Source: Octopus sinensis (Eukaryota). From it: a DNA stretch of 64,000 bases. Positions 1 through 11,466 of this stretch are shown one piece after another. The stretch spans positions 77,624,001 to 77,688,000 of the forward strand of contig NC_043004.1 of NCBI RefSeq assembly GCF_006345805.1. The letters are read 5' to 3'. A model generated the notes under the pieces. The model was not told the origin of the DNA. It was given only the letters and a program-made list of their open reading frames with translations, and made no database searches. The position numbers were made by a program, and so were the translations under genes. How positions within the stretch are numbered: the stretch's first letter is position 1; each line of letters opens with the position of its first letter.

Positions 1-832
1 TTTCTGAAAGTCATGGGAAATAAACATTTATTATCTTTTCCAAGTTCAGATACGTTATAAATTGGTGACATATAAATAAAATAATCTCAGCCCCATTATA
101 AACTAGATAAAACGCCCTTATAAAAGTGGTAACTCATCATTATAAAAGTAGTGACCAACCGACGTGATAGAATAGGTAAATCCCCACATTATAAAACTGG
201 GGCCCCTTGTGAGAAATATATAAAATTTTATATTGAAAATAGCCGACAGTTTCATTACACAAAATTTCGTTAACAGGTTGAAGAAAACGAAGAAAGAGAA
301 ACTATTTACTAAATTAGTTTATTTACTTTCATTTAATATTTACAATATAAGTCAAAAGAAAACTGTCAAAGAAGATTACGACATAAAATTTCTATCACTA
401 ATTCTTCTATACTAAGCTACTAGAGTTTGACATAATTCAAAATAGTCTTGTTAGAATTAGATATGGACATGGCATAAAATTAACCAATATCTCAAAGGAG
501 TGATTGTTGTGGGAATGAGTGACAACCAATGAACACTGGTGTGAGTGTCATGGAGTCTAGGGACAACCAACGATCACTGGTTAATTTCCCAAAAATCAGG
601 GTTTTTATAACTGCTCATTCTTGAATTCTAAGAACCGTATTTCGTGAAAGATTTCTCTTTGACAAAAGTTTAGAATTCAAATATGAATCAGCAACTAAGT
701 TTTTTTTTTAAATATATAGATATAGATGTGATGTTGTCATTGTTGTCGTGGTGATGGTATAAAATGTAGTTTACGATAGTTGACTTATAGAAAGATTATA
801 ATGGTAAATTTTTGTAATGCAAATATGTAAAT

Positions 833-1098
833 GAAAATAAAGTTTATTTGGTAGCCGAAAGATTACTGAATCTTTTGATACCGCATACATCAAAATCGGC
901 AACTAAGTTTTTGAATGCATAAGGAACACACACACATGCTCAAACTCTGCTTTATATATACATATACATACATACATATATATATATATATATTTGTGTG
1001 TGTGTTCCTTATGCATTTGAAAACTTAGTTGCCAATTTTGGCATATGGGTATCAAAAAATTCAGTTATCTTTTGGTTACAAAATAAATTTTATTTTCT
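833..1098. repeat. Inverted repeat (~105 bp arms) around a TA/CA microsatellite spacer
   Basis: 833-937 (gaaaataaagtttatttgg...cataaggaacacacacaca) is the imperfect reverse complement of 995-1098 (tgtgtgtgttccttatgc...ttttattttc). Confidence 0.8.
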
Positions 1099-1112
1099 AT
1101 GCATACTTTTCC

Positions 1113-1610
1113 TTCTTGGGACACAAAACTCTACTTGTGAAGACCTGTTGAGGAAAGTGAGAATCAGAATCAAAATCGAAATCGATCAACATCAATGGAA
1201 ATTGTAGCTGTGATACCAGTGCCGGTGGCACGTAAGCGAACCATCTGAACGGGGATTTTGCCAGCGCCGCCCCAATGGGCCTCCGTGCTAGTGGCACGTA
1301 AAATGCACCATCCGATCGAGGCCGTTACCAGCCTCGCCTGGCCCCCGTGCCAGTGGCACATAAAAAGCACCATCCGACCGTGGCCGTTTGCCAGCCCCCA
1401 TCTGTCACCTGTGCTGGTGGCACATAAAAAGCACCCACTACACTCACGGAGTGGTTGGCGTTAGGAAGGGCATCCAGCTGTAGAAACATTGCCAGATCAG
1501 AATGGGCCTGGTGCAGCCTTCTGACTTCCCAGACCCCAGTTGAACCGTCCAACCCATGCTAGCATGGAAAGCGGACGCTAAATGATGATAATGATGATGA
1601 TGATGATGAT
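1113..1610 (+). mobile_element. 5'-truncated RTE-type LINE 3' UTR with tandem hairpin units and (GAT)n tail
   Basis: Repeated gtgcc-ggt-ggcac-gtaaaaagcacc units, terminal cccatgctagcatggaaagcggacg, then (gat)n. The same family is joined to an RTE ORF C-terminus at 14116-14908. Confidence 0.85.
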
Positions 1611-2670
1611 AGTTGCATTACAAAAATTTAACATTATAATCTTTCTATAAGTAAACTTGTCGTAAACAACATTTTATACCACCCCCACCACATCACATTT
1701 TCTATATTAGTGTGTATGTGTCTGTCAGTGTGTGTGTGTGTTTGTGCATTCATTACGTATGTTAGGCCAATGACTGAGAAGTATATGTGTGTGAATGTAT
1801 GTGATGGTGTATGTGTCAGTGAATATTCATACATTTTTATGATGACACACACACACACATCTAAAGACAGAGACAGACACATAGAGGGACAGAGTTAGGC
1901 CTGAGGTGTACAGGAATGCATGTCTGTGTGTATCTGTCTTAGTATATGTATGTGACTACCACCCAACAGTAAAACACACCAATTTTTAAAGACTTTAGTT
2001 TAGTTGTGGCTTGGATTTTAAATGAACAGCAGCATTCACTTTGAAGTACCACTATTTGGATTTTCCTCTTCATCACGGAGAGTTGTAGTTTAAGCACCAT
2101 TAATGATTATCATTACTTATGTGCTGAAATACCATTTTGGTTTTTATAACCAATGTGAAGACTTGGTTGATTTGACAGCTCTCACAACACTCACAAATAT
2201 ATCTAGGAAAAATGTTATTCTGGTTATTATAACAAATTCTGAAACTTGCAAAGTCGAAAGCCTTAGCAGCTCTTTCAGGATAATTACAGAAATATTTCGT
2301 TTTTGGATTTGGCTTGCAAGATTCTTTATATAGAGGGTCAAACCTATTGAAAAGGTTGAGAGTCAAAACTATTGAAAAGGTTGCCAGACGCAACGAAAAT
2401 TTTAGGACAATAAAAATAAGAAAAAAGTGGAAATTTTACCGGTGAGTGTGTTACATAATAAGGCACAAAAAGAAAATGACTCTCCCCAGACACTACAGAA
2501 ATGTTATTCTAGTTCTTATAACCAGTTTGAAGATAATACGTTTTTAACAGTCCTAGCATCCTGCTAAGCTGCTTTATTAGGGTGAGTTCAACACCACACA
2601 AACATTTTACTGCATTAGTCAGTATTTATTCTATAGTCTGTAACTTTACACATTTAGAATATATAGTAAA

Positions 2671-2743
2671 TGATGTCAGATTAATTATATATTGTAAGTG
2701 ATGTCAAATTAATTATATATCGTAAGTGATGTCAAATTAATTA
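2671..2743. repeat. 28-bp tandem repeat, ~2.6 copies
   Basis: Unit tgatgtca(g/a)attaattatatat(t/c)gtaag starts at 2671, 2699 and 2727. Confidence 0.85.
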
Positions 2744-3599
2744 GTGTCTTCCTACATTAGTCCTTCAGCAACTGTTTTAAATTAACGTTTACAACAGCAA
2801 CATATTCCTTTGTACAGACTTTTTTCAGTATTTGTTTAAAAATTGTAAAATAACAAATTATTTTTGCATGAAATATTAAATTATGCCTTCTGAATTTTCT
2901 TGGAGCTTGACTTTCTTCACTGTGACATTCAATCCTGAATTTTATAACATTTAGTACATGTTCCAAATAAATGTTGACTTTCTGTACTTTGTTACACGGG
3001 TGATGCACAGTCCTTTCTGCTAAATTGGTGACTTTCCAACACTGGAATATTTCTTTTGGAAGTATTCCCTAAAAAAATTTTTATAGCAAAACTATGCTAC
3101 AGAAAGTGTGTTCTGCTCCTATATAGGCTACATTTCATTTTGCTGGAACATTTTGTCTGTACATTTTGCTGTTTTCAATATTATCAATTCTATGTGTCTG
3201 TGAGTGTGTATGTATTTCTGTGTACATTACATCTATAGTAAATCAGAGTAAAGGACATTTTATGCTGTTTTAATGAGCTCACATCTAATGAAGTAGCCAT
3301 CCTTATGGTGGGTGATCCCCATGAAAATCGTGATATTCTCATTCATACTTGAGATAACAACCTTAAACGTGTTTAGAGACTCATCCCTTTTATAATGCTC
3401 TCCAGTATCCTTGTATTCTGTGGAATGGACAACATGGATGTCATTTCAATATTCCACAGATTGAACCTGCAACAGGAGAATCAATTACAAACAGAGATGT
3501 TTCATTGGATGACTTCTATTCTTACCACCTGATGTTAAAACAAGAACAATCATATCAATTACACATGTATCATGATCTGTTTCAGCAGTATCTGGTTGA

Positions 3600-3938
3600 T
3601 CTCTCTCTATATATAAACGGCAAAATGTCTGTCTGTGTGTGTGTGTGTATGCATGTCCTTTATACAAATCCACAATTTTTCAGTTAGAGGGCTCGCACTT
3701 TCTATGGTCATTCAAAACCGTCCAAGGGTGGTCGTGCACATCTTTACATTTCCCCAGTCACCCCGCAAAGCCATTAAAAAATCAATAGAAGTGACTTTTT
3801 TGTGAATTTTCTATCCAAAACCCAATCAAAATGCCCGAAACTTGATACGCCAATTGAATGCCAGCTAACTGTATGTGATTGGTCGGAGATTTGGACAGTA
3901 CTCGTGTGTATGTGTGCACGCGGGTCATAGTGCTAGTT
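3600..3938 (+). mobile_element. Non-autonomous Helitron-like element (family A, ~350 bp)
   Basis: 5' TCTCTCTATATATAAACGGC end and 3' ...GGTCATAGTGCTAG(T) end. Near-identical copies lie at ~9225, ~35153 and ~53603. Confidence 0.85.
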
Positions 3939-4474
3939 TATGTTAAAGTTGAGAGTCGGTGTCTCCTCTACATTCGTAACAATCAAAAAAAGTTAAGGGC
4001 CAAAAATTATGTTCATCTCCAAGATGCTCTGAGGACAGATGGTGATATTCAAAACATGGGGCAACTTGTAATCCTCCCATCATCATTGACAGGTGGTCCT
4101 TGATATATGCACAAACACAATATGCTATGACATGGAAAACCAAATCTTTTTGTCACTTTCACCTGCAATCTTAAATGGAAGGAAATAAAATCTAACCTTC
4201 TTCCAGTGATGCATCTTCTGGTATTGCAGTTACCCTCTTTAATAGTGGTAGAACTGCTCATTCCCTGTCCAAGATCCCTCTTAACCTTGCAATGAAAGAA
4301 TCTCAAATGTGCAACATTTCCAAAACTTCTGCAATGGCAACAATTCTTCAATAGACTTGCCTCATTGTTTGGGATGAGTGCACTGTCACATCATGGAGCT
4401 CCAGAGGCATTTGGCTGTACACTCCAAAACATCAAAAACAATAGTACGCTCTGTTCTTCTTGCAGGAGATTTTC

Positions 4475-4952
4475 ATCATCGAAATCAAACTCGGTGACTG
4501 GCATCCGTTGCTAGTGGAGCGCTAAGAGTACCATATGAGTGAGATCGTTGCCAGAGCAACAAACTGGCCTTCATGCCGATGGCACATTAAGCACACCATT
4601 CAAGCATGATCGTTACCTGCGTCGCCTTACTAGCACTTGTGATGGCGGCACATGAAACATCCGAGTGAGGTCGTTGCCAGTTCCGCTGGACTGGCTCCTG
4701 TGCAGGTGGCACGTAAAAAGCACCATTTCGGCGTAGCCGTTGCCAGTACCACCAAACTGGCCCTCGTGCCGGTGGCACGTAAAAGCACCCACTACACTCT
4801 TGGAATGTTGGCATTGGGAAGGGCATCCAGCTGTAGAAACTCTGCCAGATCAGACTGGAGTCTAGTTCGCCAGACCTCAGTCAAATCGTCCAACCCATGC
4901 TAGCAAGGAAAGGGGACGTTAAATGATGATGATGATGATGATGATGAAGATG
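4475..4952 (+). mobile_element. RTE-type LINE 3' UTR copy inserted in the Helitron helicase
   Basis: Tandem gtgccggtggcac units and (gat)n tail. It interrupts the helicase between LAGDF and ILPDIPKGS. Confidence 0.85.
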
Positions 4953-5505
4953 ATTGCCAGATATCCCCAAAGGATCAAAAGCTGATGAGGTCAATGTATA
5001 CTTCAAAAAATCATACCTTTGGAGAGATGTGAAAAACTTCATCTTACAAGCAACATCAGAGTACTTCTACAAGGGGATCATACAAGCTCCTTAAGATTGG
5101 TAATGGGATATTAACATTCAGCTCAAGACTTCGCTGTTAGAAATGGGAAGTGAACTTACAATTCCCGCCAATTAGAATGAGGTCATTGGTAACCATAGGT
5201 ACATTTATATGTGTAGATATATGTGTGTATTTATGTAGGATTGGTAGTCTGTGTGTTTATTTGACTCTCACTGTTTTTCCTTCCTTTCTTTCTGTCTTTT
5301 TTCTTGGATCGTTCGTAAACGTTGAAAAGAGGAAGTAGCAATTTAAAAGGATTTGCTATGGTAGTAGCAAGAGGAAAGTAGATTGTATTAGAGGGGGAAA
5401 TGGTTATGTATGTAGTTTTATCAATTTTTTTCATAATTGGAAGTTATTTTGGCCGAAAAAATGCCACTATGACCTAAGTTATGGTATTTAGAATATTAAT
5501 TCCGA

Positions 5506-5755
5506 TGGATCTTTTCACTTTGACCAGCAGATTTTAAAAATAATTTCTTTGTAACTAAACACTTTTATACTTCACATACTGGTAGAATGTGTTACATAAA
5601 ATATCTTTTTCTCTTGGCTTTCTTGAGAAAATTCTGTAGTTTGTAAGCTATTTGTTGTTAAATTTCTTGCATTTCGGCAATTTCAACCAATCAATGACGT
5701 CTATTGAGGTGAATACAATTTCTGCTGTTCTTTGTCAACAACAATTTCCTGCAGT
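5506..5755 (+). mobile_element. Partial MITE of the GGATCTTTTC-TIR family
   Basis: Starts ggatcttttcactttgacc. The interior (aaacacttttatacttcacatactggtagaatgtgttacataaaa) matches 23943-24057, 25085-25493 and 52085-52216. Confidence 0.7.
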
Positions 5756-6401
5756 GAAAAAGATAGTTAAATAGAGAGAGATACAGATTTAGAAATTTTG
5801 AAATCAAGTGAAAATTTTCAAATTCGATATATTGCCATACTTTTTCATGCAAAATCCAATTTTATGATTCATTTATTCTAGAAAAATTTTTTAGTTTAAA
5901 ATTCGATCATTTTTAGTCAATCAGGAAACAGGATTTGGAACCTAGCATTATGTGCACAATAGCTGTATATATTAAAATGAAACTAAACATTACAAGACAA
6001 AGTTTTAAACAAAATTAAAGCAATTGCATGTCATATGAAGTGAGAGAGAGAGAGAGAGGAGCAGCATGTAAGAGAGATATATATTTTCAGATTTTCAGAC
6101 AGAGAGATAAAGAGTGTGGTAAATATATTGAGAGAGAGGGAGGGGGTATAAAAGAGAGAGAGAGAGAGTGTGTGTGGGTGACAGATAGGGAGTGGGGAAA
6201 TTTGGCAATCTCAAAGTTGAATTATTTCTCATAGTAAATTATATTTTTTGATTATTATTTACAGATAACTTTCTCTTTAGGATACAGATTTCAAAAGTCA
6301 AATTTCTTTTTCTTGAGGAAGCATCATGTCAGAGGCTTTCATCCTTTTGGAGCTAAACACAAATACATAACCACAAACACTCTCATTTATCTAGTAGATG
6401 T

Positions 6402-6435
<34 letters not shown>

Positions 6436-6441
<6 letters not shown>

Positions 6442-6872
6442 TAACAAAGATGTACAGGTGTCCGTTCATTACGGCCATTTCAAGTGGATCCATTTAATTG
6501 ATTAATGAGAACATTACATCAATTTGAAAGAAACTGCTCTCTTCAGATGACTGCATAGGCATCAAACATAAAGGATAAACCATTTTTTAAATACAAATTT
6601 ACATCAATAATGGAAACCAAAATATTTACATTGTCTCCTCTTGTTATCATTTGCCAAAAATATAACAAAAGGAAACAATGTAAATATTTTGGTTTCCATT
6701 ATTGATGTAAATTTGTATTTAAAAAATGGTTTATCCTTTATGTTTGATGCCTATGCAGTCATCTGAAGAGAGCAGTTTCTTTCAAATTGATGTAATGTTC
6801 TCATTAATCAATTAAATGGAGCCACTTGAAATGGCCATAATGAACGGACACCTGTACATCTTTGTTACTTAT
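6436..6872. repeat. Near-perfect palindrome with ~210-bp arms
   Basis: ataagtaacaaagatgtacagg... is mirrored by ...cctgtacatctttgttacttat, with a short loop near 6648-6662. Confidence 0.95.
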
Positions 6873-6928
6873 TTATATTCTGTTCACCTAACTTGGGATC
6901 TGCACTTTAGAAATACTATGGAAAGTAT

Positions 6929-7340
6929 ATCATCATTTAACGTTTGTTTTCCATGCTAGCATGGGTTGCACGGTTCGACCAGGGTCTGGTAAGCCATGGA
7001 GGCTGCACCAGGCTCTAGTCTGACTTGGCAGTGTTTCTACAACTGGATGCCCTTCCTAATGCCAACCACTCCGTGAGTGTAGTGGGTGTTTTTTACGTGC
7101 TACCAGCACAGGGGCTAGAGCAGGCTGGCAAATGACAACGGTCGGTTGGTACCTTTACGTGTCATCGACACGGTCGCCAGTCAGGCGGCGCTGGCATCTG
7201 CCACATTCGGATGGTGCTTTTTACATGTCACCGGCACGGGTGTCTTAACTACAATTTCCATTTGAATTTTTATTTTGATGTTGGTGTACTTGACTCAATA
7301 GGTCTCCTCAAGAACAGTGGGTCACTCTACGATCCAAGGT
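6929..7340 (-). mobile_element. RTE-type LINE 3' UTR copy
   Basis: Begins catcatttaacgtttgttttccatgctagcatggg (reverse tail) and contains hairpin units. Confidence 0.85.
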
Positions 7341-7583
7341 TCTTTATATAAAAAATATACAAAAAGTACATGTCTGAATTACCAAGAACAGATATCTTCA
7401 CTTAGCTGGGTTGCATTGTCTGCACACACAGCAGGAATATTAGGTACAACAGCCCCTACATAGAGTCTTGATATTCAATATTCAAGTAAAATTGTTGAAG
7501 TGTGCAAATTATACCGAGCTAGTAAGGTGCCTCAATTTAAGAACCTAATTTAACTGAATCTTAATTATATACATATATAATTA

Positions 7584-8025
7584 TCATCATCATTTAATGT
7601 CCGTTGTCCATGCTGGCATGGGTTGGAGAGTTTGACTGGGCTGTCAAACTGGAAGGCTGCGCCAGGATCCAGTCTGATTTGGCATAGTTTTCTATGGCTG
7701 AATGCCCTTCCTAACACCAACCACTCCAAGAGTGTAATGGGTACTTTTACGTGACACTAGTTTCTGCCATGACTGCGATTTTGCTCAGCTTGATGGGTCT
7801 TCTTCTCAAACATGACATAATGCCAAAGGTCTTGGTCATTGCTTCCACGAGGCCCAACACACAAAAGGAACTCAGCCATTTTGTCCCCATAAGGCCCAAC
7901 ACTTGAAAGGAACTCAGCCACCTTGCCTCCGTGAGGCCCACTCAAAAGGAACTCAGTTACCTTGCCTCCATTAGGCCCAACACTCAAAAGAAACTCAATA
8001 ATTTTGCCTCTGTGAGGCCCAACAT
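7584..8025 (-). mobile_element. RTE 3' fragment with ~39-bp tandem expansion at the ORF end
   Basis: Reverse (gat)n tail, LGLVEAMT-type ORF C-terminus, and about five gaggcccaacac...aggaactcag units at 7848-8022. Confidence 0.75.
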
Positions 8026-8054
8026 TTCTATATATATATATATTTATGTGTGTG

Positions 8055-8412
8055 GTGGCATATAAAATGCAACATTCATGCGTGATTGCTACCAGTGGCA
8101 CATGAAAAACAACATTCAAGTGAGGTCGTTGCCAGTGCCGCTCGACTGGCTCCTGTGCAGGTGGCACGTAAAAAACACCATTTGAGCGTTGCCATTGCCA
8201 GTATCGCCTGACTGGCCCTTGTGCCGGGGGCACATAAAAGCACCCACTACACTCTCAGAGTGGTTGGCATTAGGAAGGGCATCCAGCTGTAGAAACTCTG
8301 CCAGATCAGATTGGAGCCTGGTGCAGCCATCTGGCTCACCAGTCCTCAGTCAAACCGTCAAACCCATGCCAGCATGGAAAGCAGACGTTAAACGATGATG
8401 ATGATGATGATA
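8055..8412 (+). mobile_element. RTE-type LINE 3' UTR copy
   Basis: Hairpin units and terminal cccatgccagcatggaaagcagacgttaaacgatgatg. Confidence 0.85.
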
Positions 8413-8599
8413 TAGAGAGAAAGAGAGAGACTGAGACAGAGACAGAGAGGGATACAATTATACAAATAACCAAATTTGTTTATTTGTCTAATTGTCTCTG
8501 TATCTGCTTACCTAGATTCCTCTTGTACTCACTCTTTACACTGCAGAGAAAACAGATGTTAAAGGGTGATGATGATGATGATGATATATGACATTATAC

Positions 8600-8940
8600 A
8601 GATGTGGGTGCATGGTAAAAAAAATTTACTTCCCAACCACATGGTCCCACATTCAATCCCACTGCATAGCACTTTGAGCAAGTATCTCCTACTGCAGCTT
8701 AAGGCCAACCCAATCCTTGTGAGTGAATTTGGCTAATGGAGACTGAAAGAAATCTGTCAAGTGTGTGTGTGTGTCACTATTGCTTGATTACCAGTGTTGG
8801 TTTGTTTATATCCCCGTAACTTAGCATTTCAGCAAAAGAGACCATTAGAATAAGTACCAAGTTTTTAAAAAAATAAGCTCTAGGGTCAATGCATTCAGTT
8901 AAAAATTCTTCAAGGCAGTGCCCCGGCATGGTCACAGGCT
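8600..8940 (+). mobile_element. tRNA-derived SINE with CORE-like centre (family B)
   Basis: Degenerate match to 20577-20977 (cccactgc...ttgagcaagt...gagactgaaagaa...aaggcagtgccccggcatgg). Confidence 0.75.
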
Positions 8941-8954
8941 AAATATTTATATAT

Positions 8955-8990
<36 letters not shown>

Positions 8991-8991
8991 A

Positions 8992-9215
8992 TGCAAATAT
9001 GATTTGTGAGGTGTGGATTTAGAGGTCTTCAAAGAGTGTCTGGACAAATTTCTGTGTGAAATACCAGATGAAACCACTTTGTAGCAGGAGGCACAAAGAA
9101 GAGCAACTCCATCCAATTTCACCAAATACAGTACAGAAAGGAAATCCTATTACATTGAAAGGCAGTGCTCCAGCAAGGCCGCAGCCTTTTGCTGAAACTA
9201 GTAAAAGATAAAAGA
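8992..9215 (+). mobile_element. 3' end of a CR1/L2-group LINE
   Basis: VDLEVFKECLDKFLCEIPDEP matches the LINE C-terminus at 43380-43460. The tail is aaggcagtgctccagcaaggccgcag...gaaactagtaaaagataaaag. Confidence 0.7.
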
Positions 9216-9224
9216 TATATATAT

Positions 9225-9578
9225 ATATCTATATGTATAAACAGCAAAATGTCTGTGTGTGTGTCCTTTATACAAATCCACAATTTTTCATTTAGAGGGC
9301 TCACACTTTCTATGGTCATTCAAAACCACCCAAGGGTGGTCGTGCACATCTTTACATTTCCCCAGTCACCCCGCAAAGCCATTAAAAAATCAATAGAAGT
9401 GACTTTTTTGTGAATTTTCTATCCAAATACCCGAAACTTGATACGCCAATTGAATGCCAGCTAGCTGTATGTGATTGGTCAGAGATTTGGACAGTACTCG
9501 CATGTATGTGCGCACGGACGCAGCTGTATATGCATGCACTAGCACTGTGACCCGGCGTTGCTAGGTCATAGTGCTAGT
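9225..9578 (+). mobile_element. Non-autonomous Helitron-like element (family A)
   Basis: TCTATATGTATAAAC start. 3' hairpin actagcactgtgacccggc-gtt-gctaggtcatagtgctagt. Confidence 0.85.
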
Positions 9579-9654
9579 ATATAAATATTACATATTTATT
9601 TTACACACACACACAGATAAGTAAGTAAATTTATTTTACTCACACATTTACCAA

Positions 9655-10048
9655 AAGGCAGCTGTGTAGTAAGAAGCTTGCTTTCCAGTCACATCGTACC
9701 AGGTTCAGTCCCACTGCATGGTACCTTGGGTAAGTGTCTACTACTATAGCCTCAGGCTGACCAGAGCCTTGTCAGTGGATTTGGTAGACAGAAACTGAAA
9801 GAAGCCCATCGTATATATGGGTATATATGTGTGTCTTTGTGTCTGTGTTTGTCCCCCACTATTGCTTGACAATCAGTGCTTGTGAGTTTATGTCCCTGTA
9901 ACTTAGCAGTTCAGCAAAAGAATTAATTGAATAATTATCAGGCTTAAAAAATAAATAAATAAATACTATGGTTGATTCATTCAACTAAAATTTTTTAAAG
10001 TAATGCCCCAATATTGCCACAGTGTAATGACTGAAACAAGTAAAAGAG
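9655..10048 (+). mobile_element. tRNA-derived SINE family B
   Basis: A-box-like gctgtgtagtaag, B-box-like ggttcagtccc, then ccttgggtaagt; tail gactgaaacaagtaaaag. Confidence 0.85.
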
Positions 10049-10107
10049 ATGCAAGTGTATATATTTTCAGGTATGCTGCAGGTTTGGTGAAATAGGCAGA
10101 AGGCAAA

Positions 10108-10109
<2 letters not shown>

Positions 10110-10192
<83 letters not shown>
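10110..10192. repeat. (GA)n microsatellite
   Basis: Uninterrupted ag run. Confidence 0.98.
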
Positions 10193-10195
<3 letters not shown>

Positions 10196-10896
10196 AAGCA
10201 ACGGTTTATTCCCTATGTTGTACCATTATGCATTTCACTTTTGTAGCCTGTAAAACAACATTTTGTTATTTTACATGAGAGTAGCTAAATAATCAGTTTT
10301 ATCTTAGTACAACCATCTTGTGTAAAAATTTTTGTTTGGCAAAACACTGAAGTCAATTCAGAAATATTTCATATTGACTCGAAATTAACTGAACCATTAT
10401 GTTTGCAAGATGTTAAAGAAATGGATATTTGTTTTGTCTGGCTGTAAAAGTTTGCACTGTATTTTAAATAAATGTCAAATTTATGATTGAGTGGTTCCAT
10501 CTAGTGTTTTGTTGGAATTGTATCGAATGGGTCTCATTGAGTTCATATTATGCGATGATATTTCTGTTTTCTTTAAAGGTTAACTTGGTGACTGATGTAA
10601 TATAATAGACAGGAAAAGTAGTAAAATGTACAAGATTCAGAAATGTGTAAAGGAGAGTAGGCTGAATGTGTGAATTAGACTGATGAATAGGTTTGTAAAG
10701 AAAAGCCTAAATGTCAGTTTAGAAATGTCTCAGTGAATTTCGGTATAATTCAATTCAATTCAGCTCCATTTAATATGAGAATGTAATGAACAACTAATTA
10801 CTCATAAAGTTAGTATTACTATGTTAATGTAAATTTGATTCTCCTATTAATTACAAAAAATATGTAAAGAGGCTGTGTTTCTAGTTTCTTTAATAT

Positions 10897-11105
10897 TGGT
10901 TTCAAATTTTGGCACAAGGCCAGCAAGTTTGGGAGAGGGGTGTATGTTGATTACATTGACCCAGTGTTTTACTTATGTTATCAACCCCAAACGATGAAAG
11001 GTAAGATCGACCTCATTGGAATTTGAACTCCGAATGTAAAGACAAATGAAATGCCACCAAATATTTTACCTGACATGTTAACAATCCTGCCAGCTTGCTG
11101 CCTTA
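10897..11105 (-). mobile_element. tRNA-derived SINE with Meta-like domain (family C)
   Basis: Degenerate reverse copy of gagttcaaattcc...gcctttcatcctttcggggtcgataaa. Confidence 0.7.
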
Positions 11106-11284
11106 TAGTTTAATCTAATATGGCACCATTGGGGCCATTTTTGTAACACAATGCTTTGATGTTATTGAGAGACAAATATAGCTTTGATGAGTAGAATAAA
11201 CTATTCTGGTTCAAAAGTTATGAACGTTTTGTGATTTTGAGAGAAAATAAAGAAAAACCCAGGGTCATTTGTTGTGTATTTTAC

Positions 11285-11466
11285 CATTTATTGAAGTTAG
11301 CGTCATCACTGCTGCCTGAGGTATCACTTTCAGCATCACTGACTTCATCTTTGGACTCTTCATTATCTTCAATGGCTCTAATATGCTCGTAAAGCTTGTT
11401 CAGATGAGAATTAGCCTTGTTAATGCATCCTTGGACTGTTTTGCTCTCCAGATTCTGAGATGATGC
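11285..11466 (-). other. Candidate exon of a minus-strand transcript; reading frame unresolved
   Basis: Non-repetitive sequence bounded by ctgtag| and |gtaaaa. An ATG at 11364 gives MKESKDEVSDAESDTSGSSDDANFNK, open to the donor. A second frame reads ASSQNLESKTVQGCINKANSHLNKLYEHIRAIEDNERVQR*. Confidence 0.4.

Larger units (their letters stand above)
3250..5110 (+). pseudogene. Degraded Helitron RepHel (Rep region plus PIF1-like helicase), split by two younger insertions
   Basis: Translates in pieces as NEVAILMVGD...RDILIH...YNALQYP...DFYSYHLM...LFQQYLVD / YVKVESRCLLYIRNNQKKLRA...VILPSSLTGGP / GKPNLFVTFTCN, then helicase motifs ASSGIAVTL..GRTAHS, LIVWDECT, LAGDF, LLKIGNG. Stops, frameshifts and deletions are present. 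Confidence 0.9.

Noticed and set aside
2100-2393. Possible hAT (Buster-like) C-terminal fragment
   Set aside because: Only vague similarity (YPE...YICE...IKTK); insufficient to call.
7383-7470. Candidate minus-strand exon
   Set aside because: It has a donor-like site, but no acceptor and phase gave an open join with the 11285 exon.
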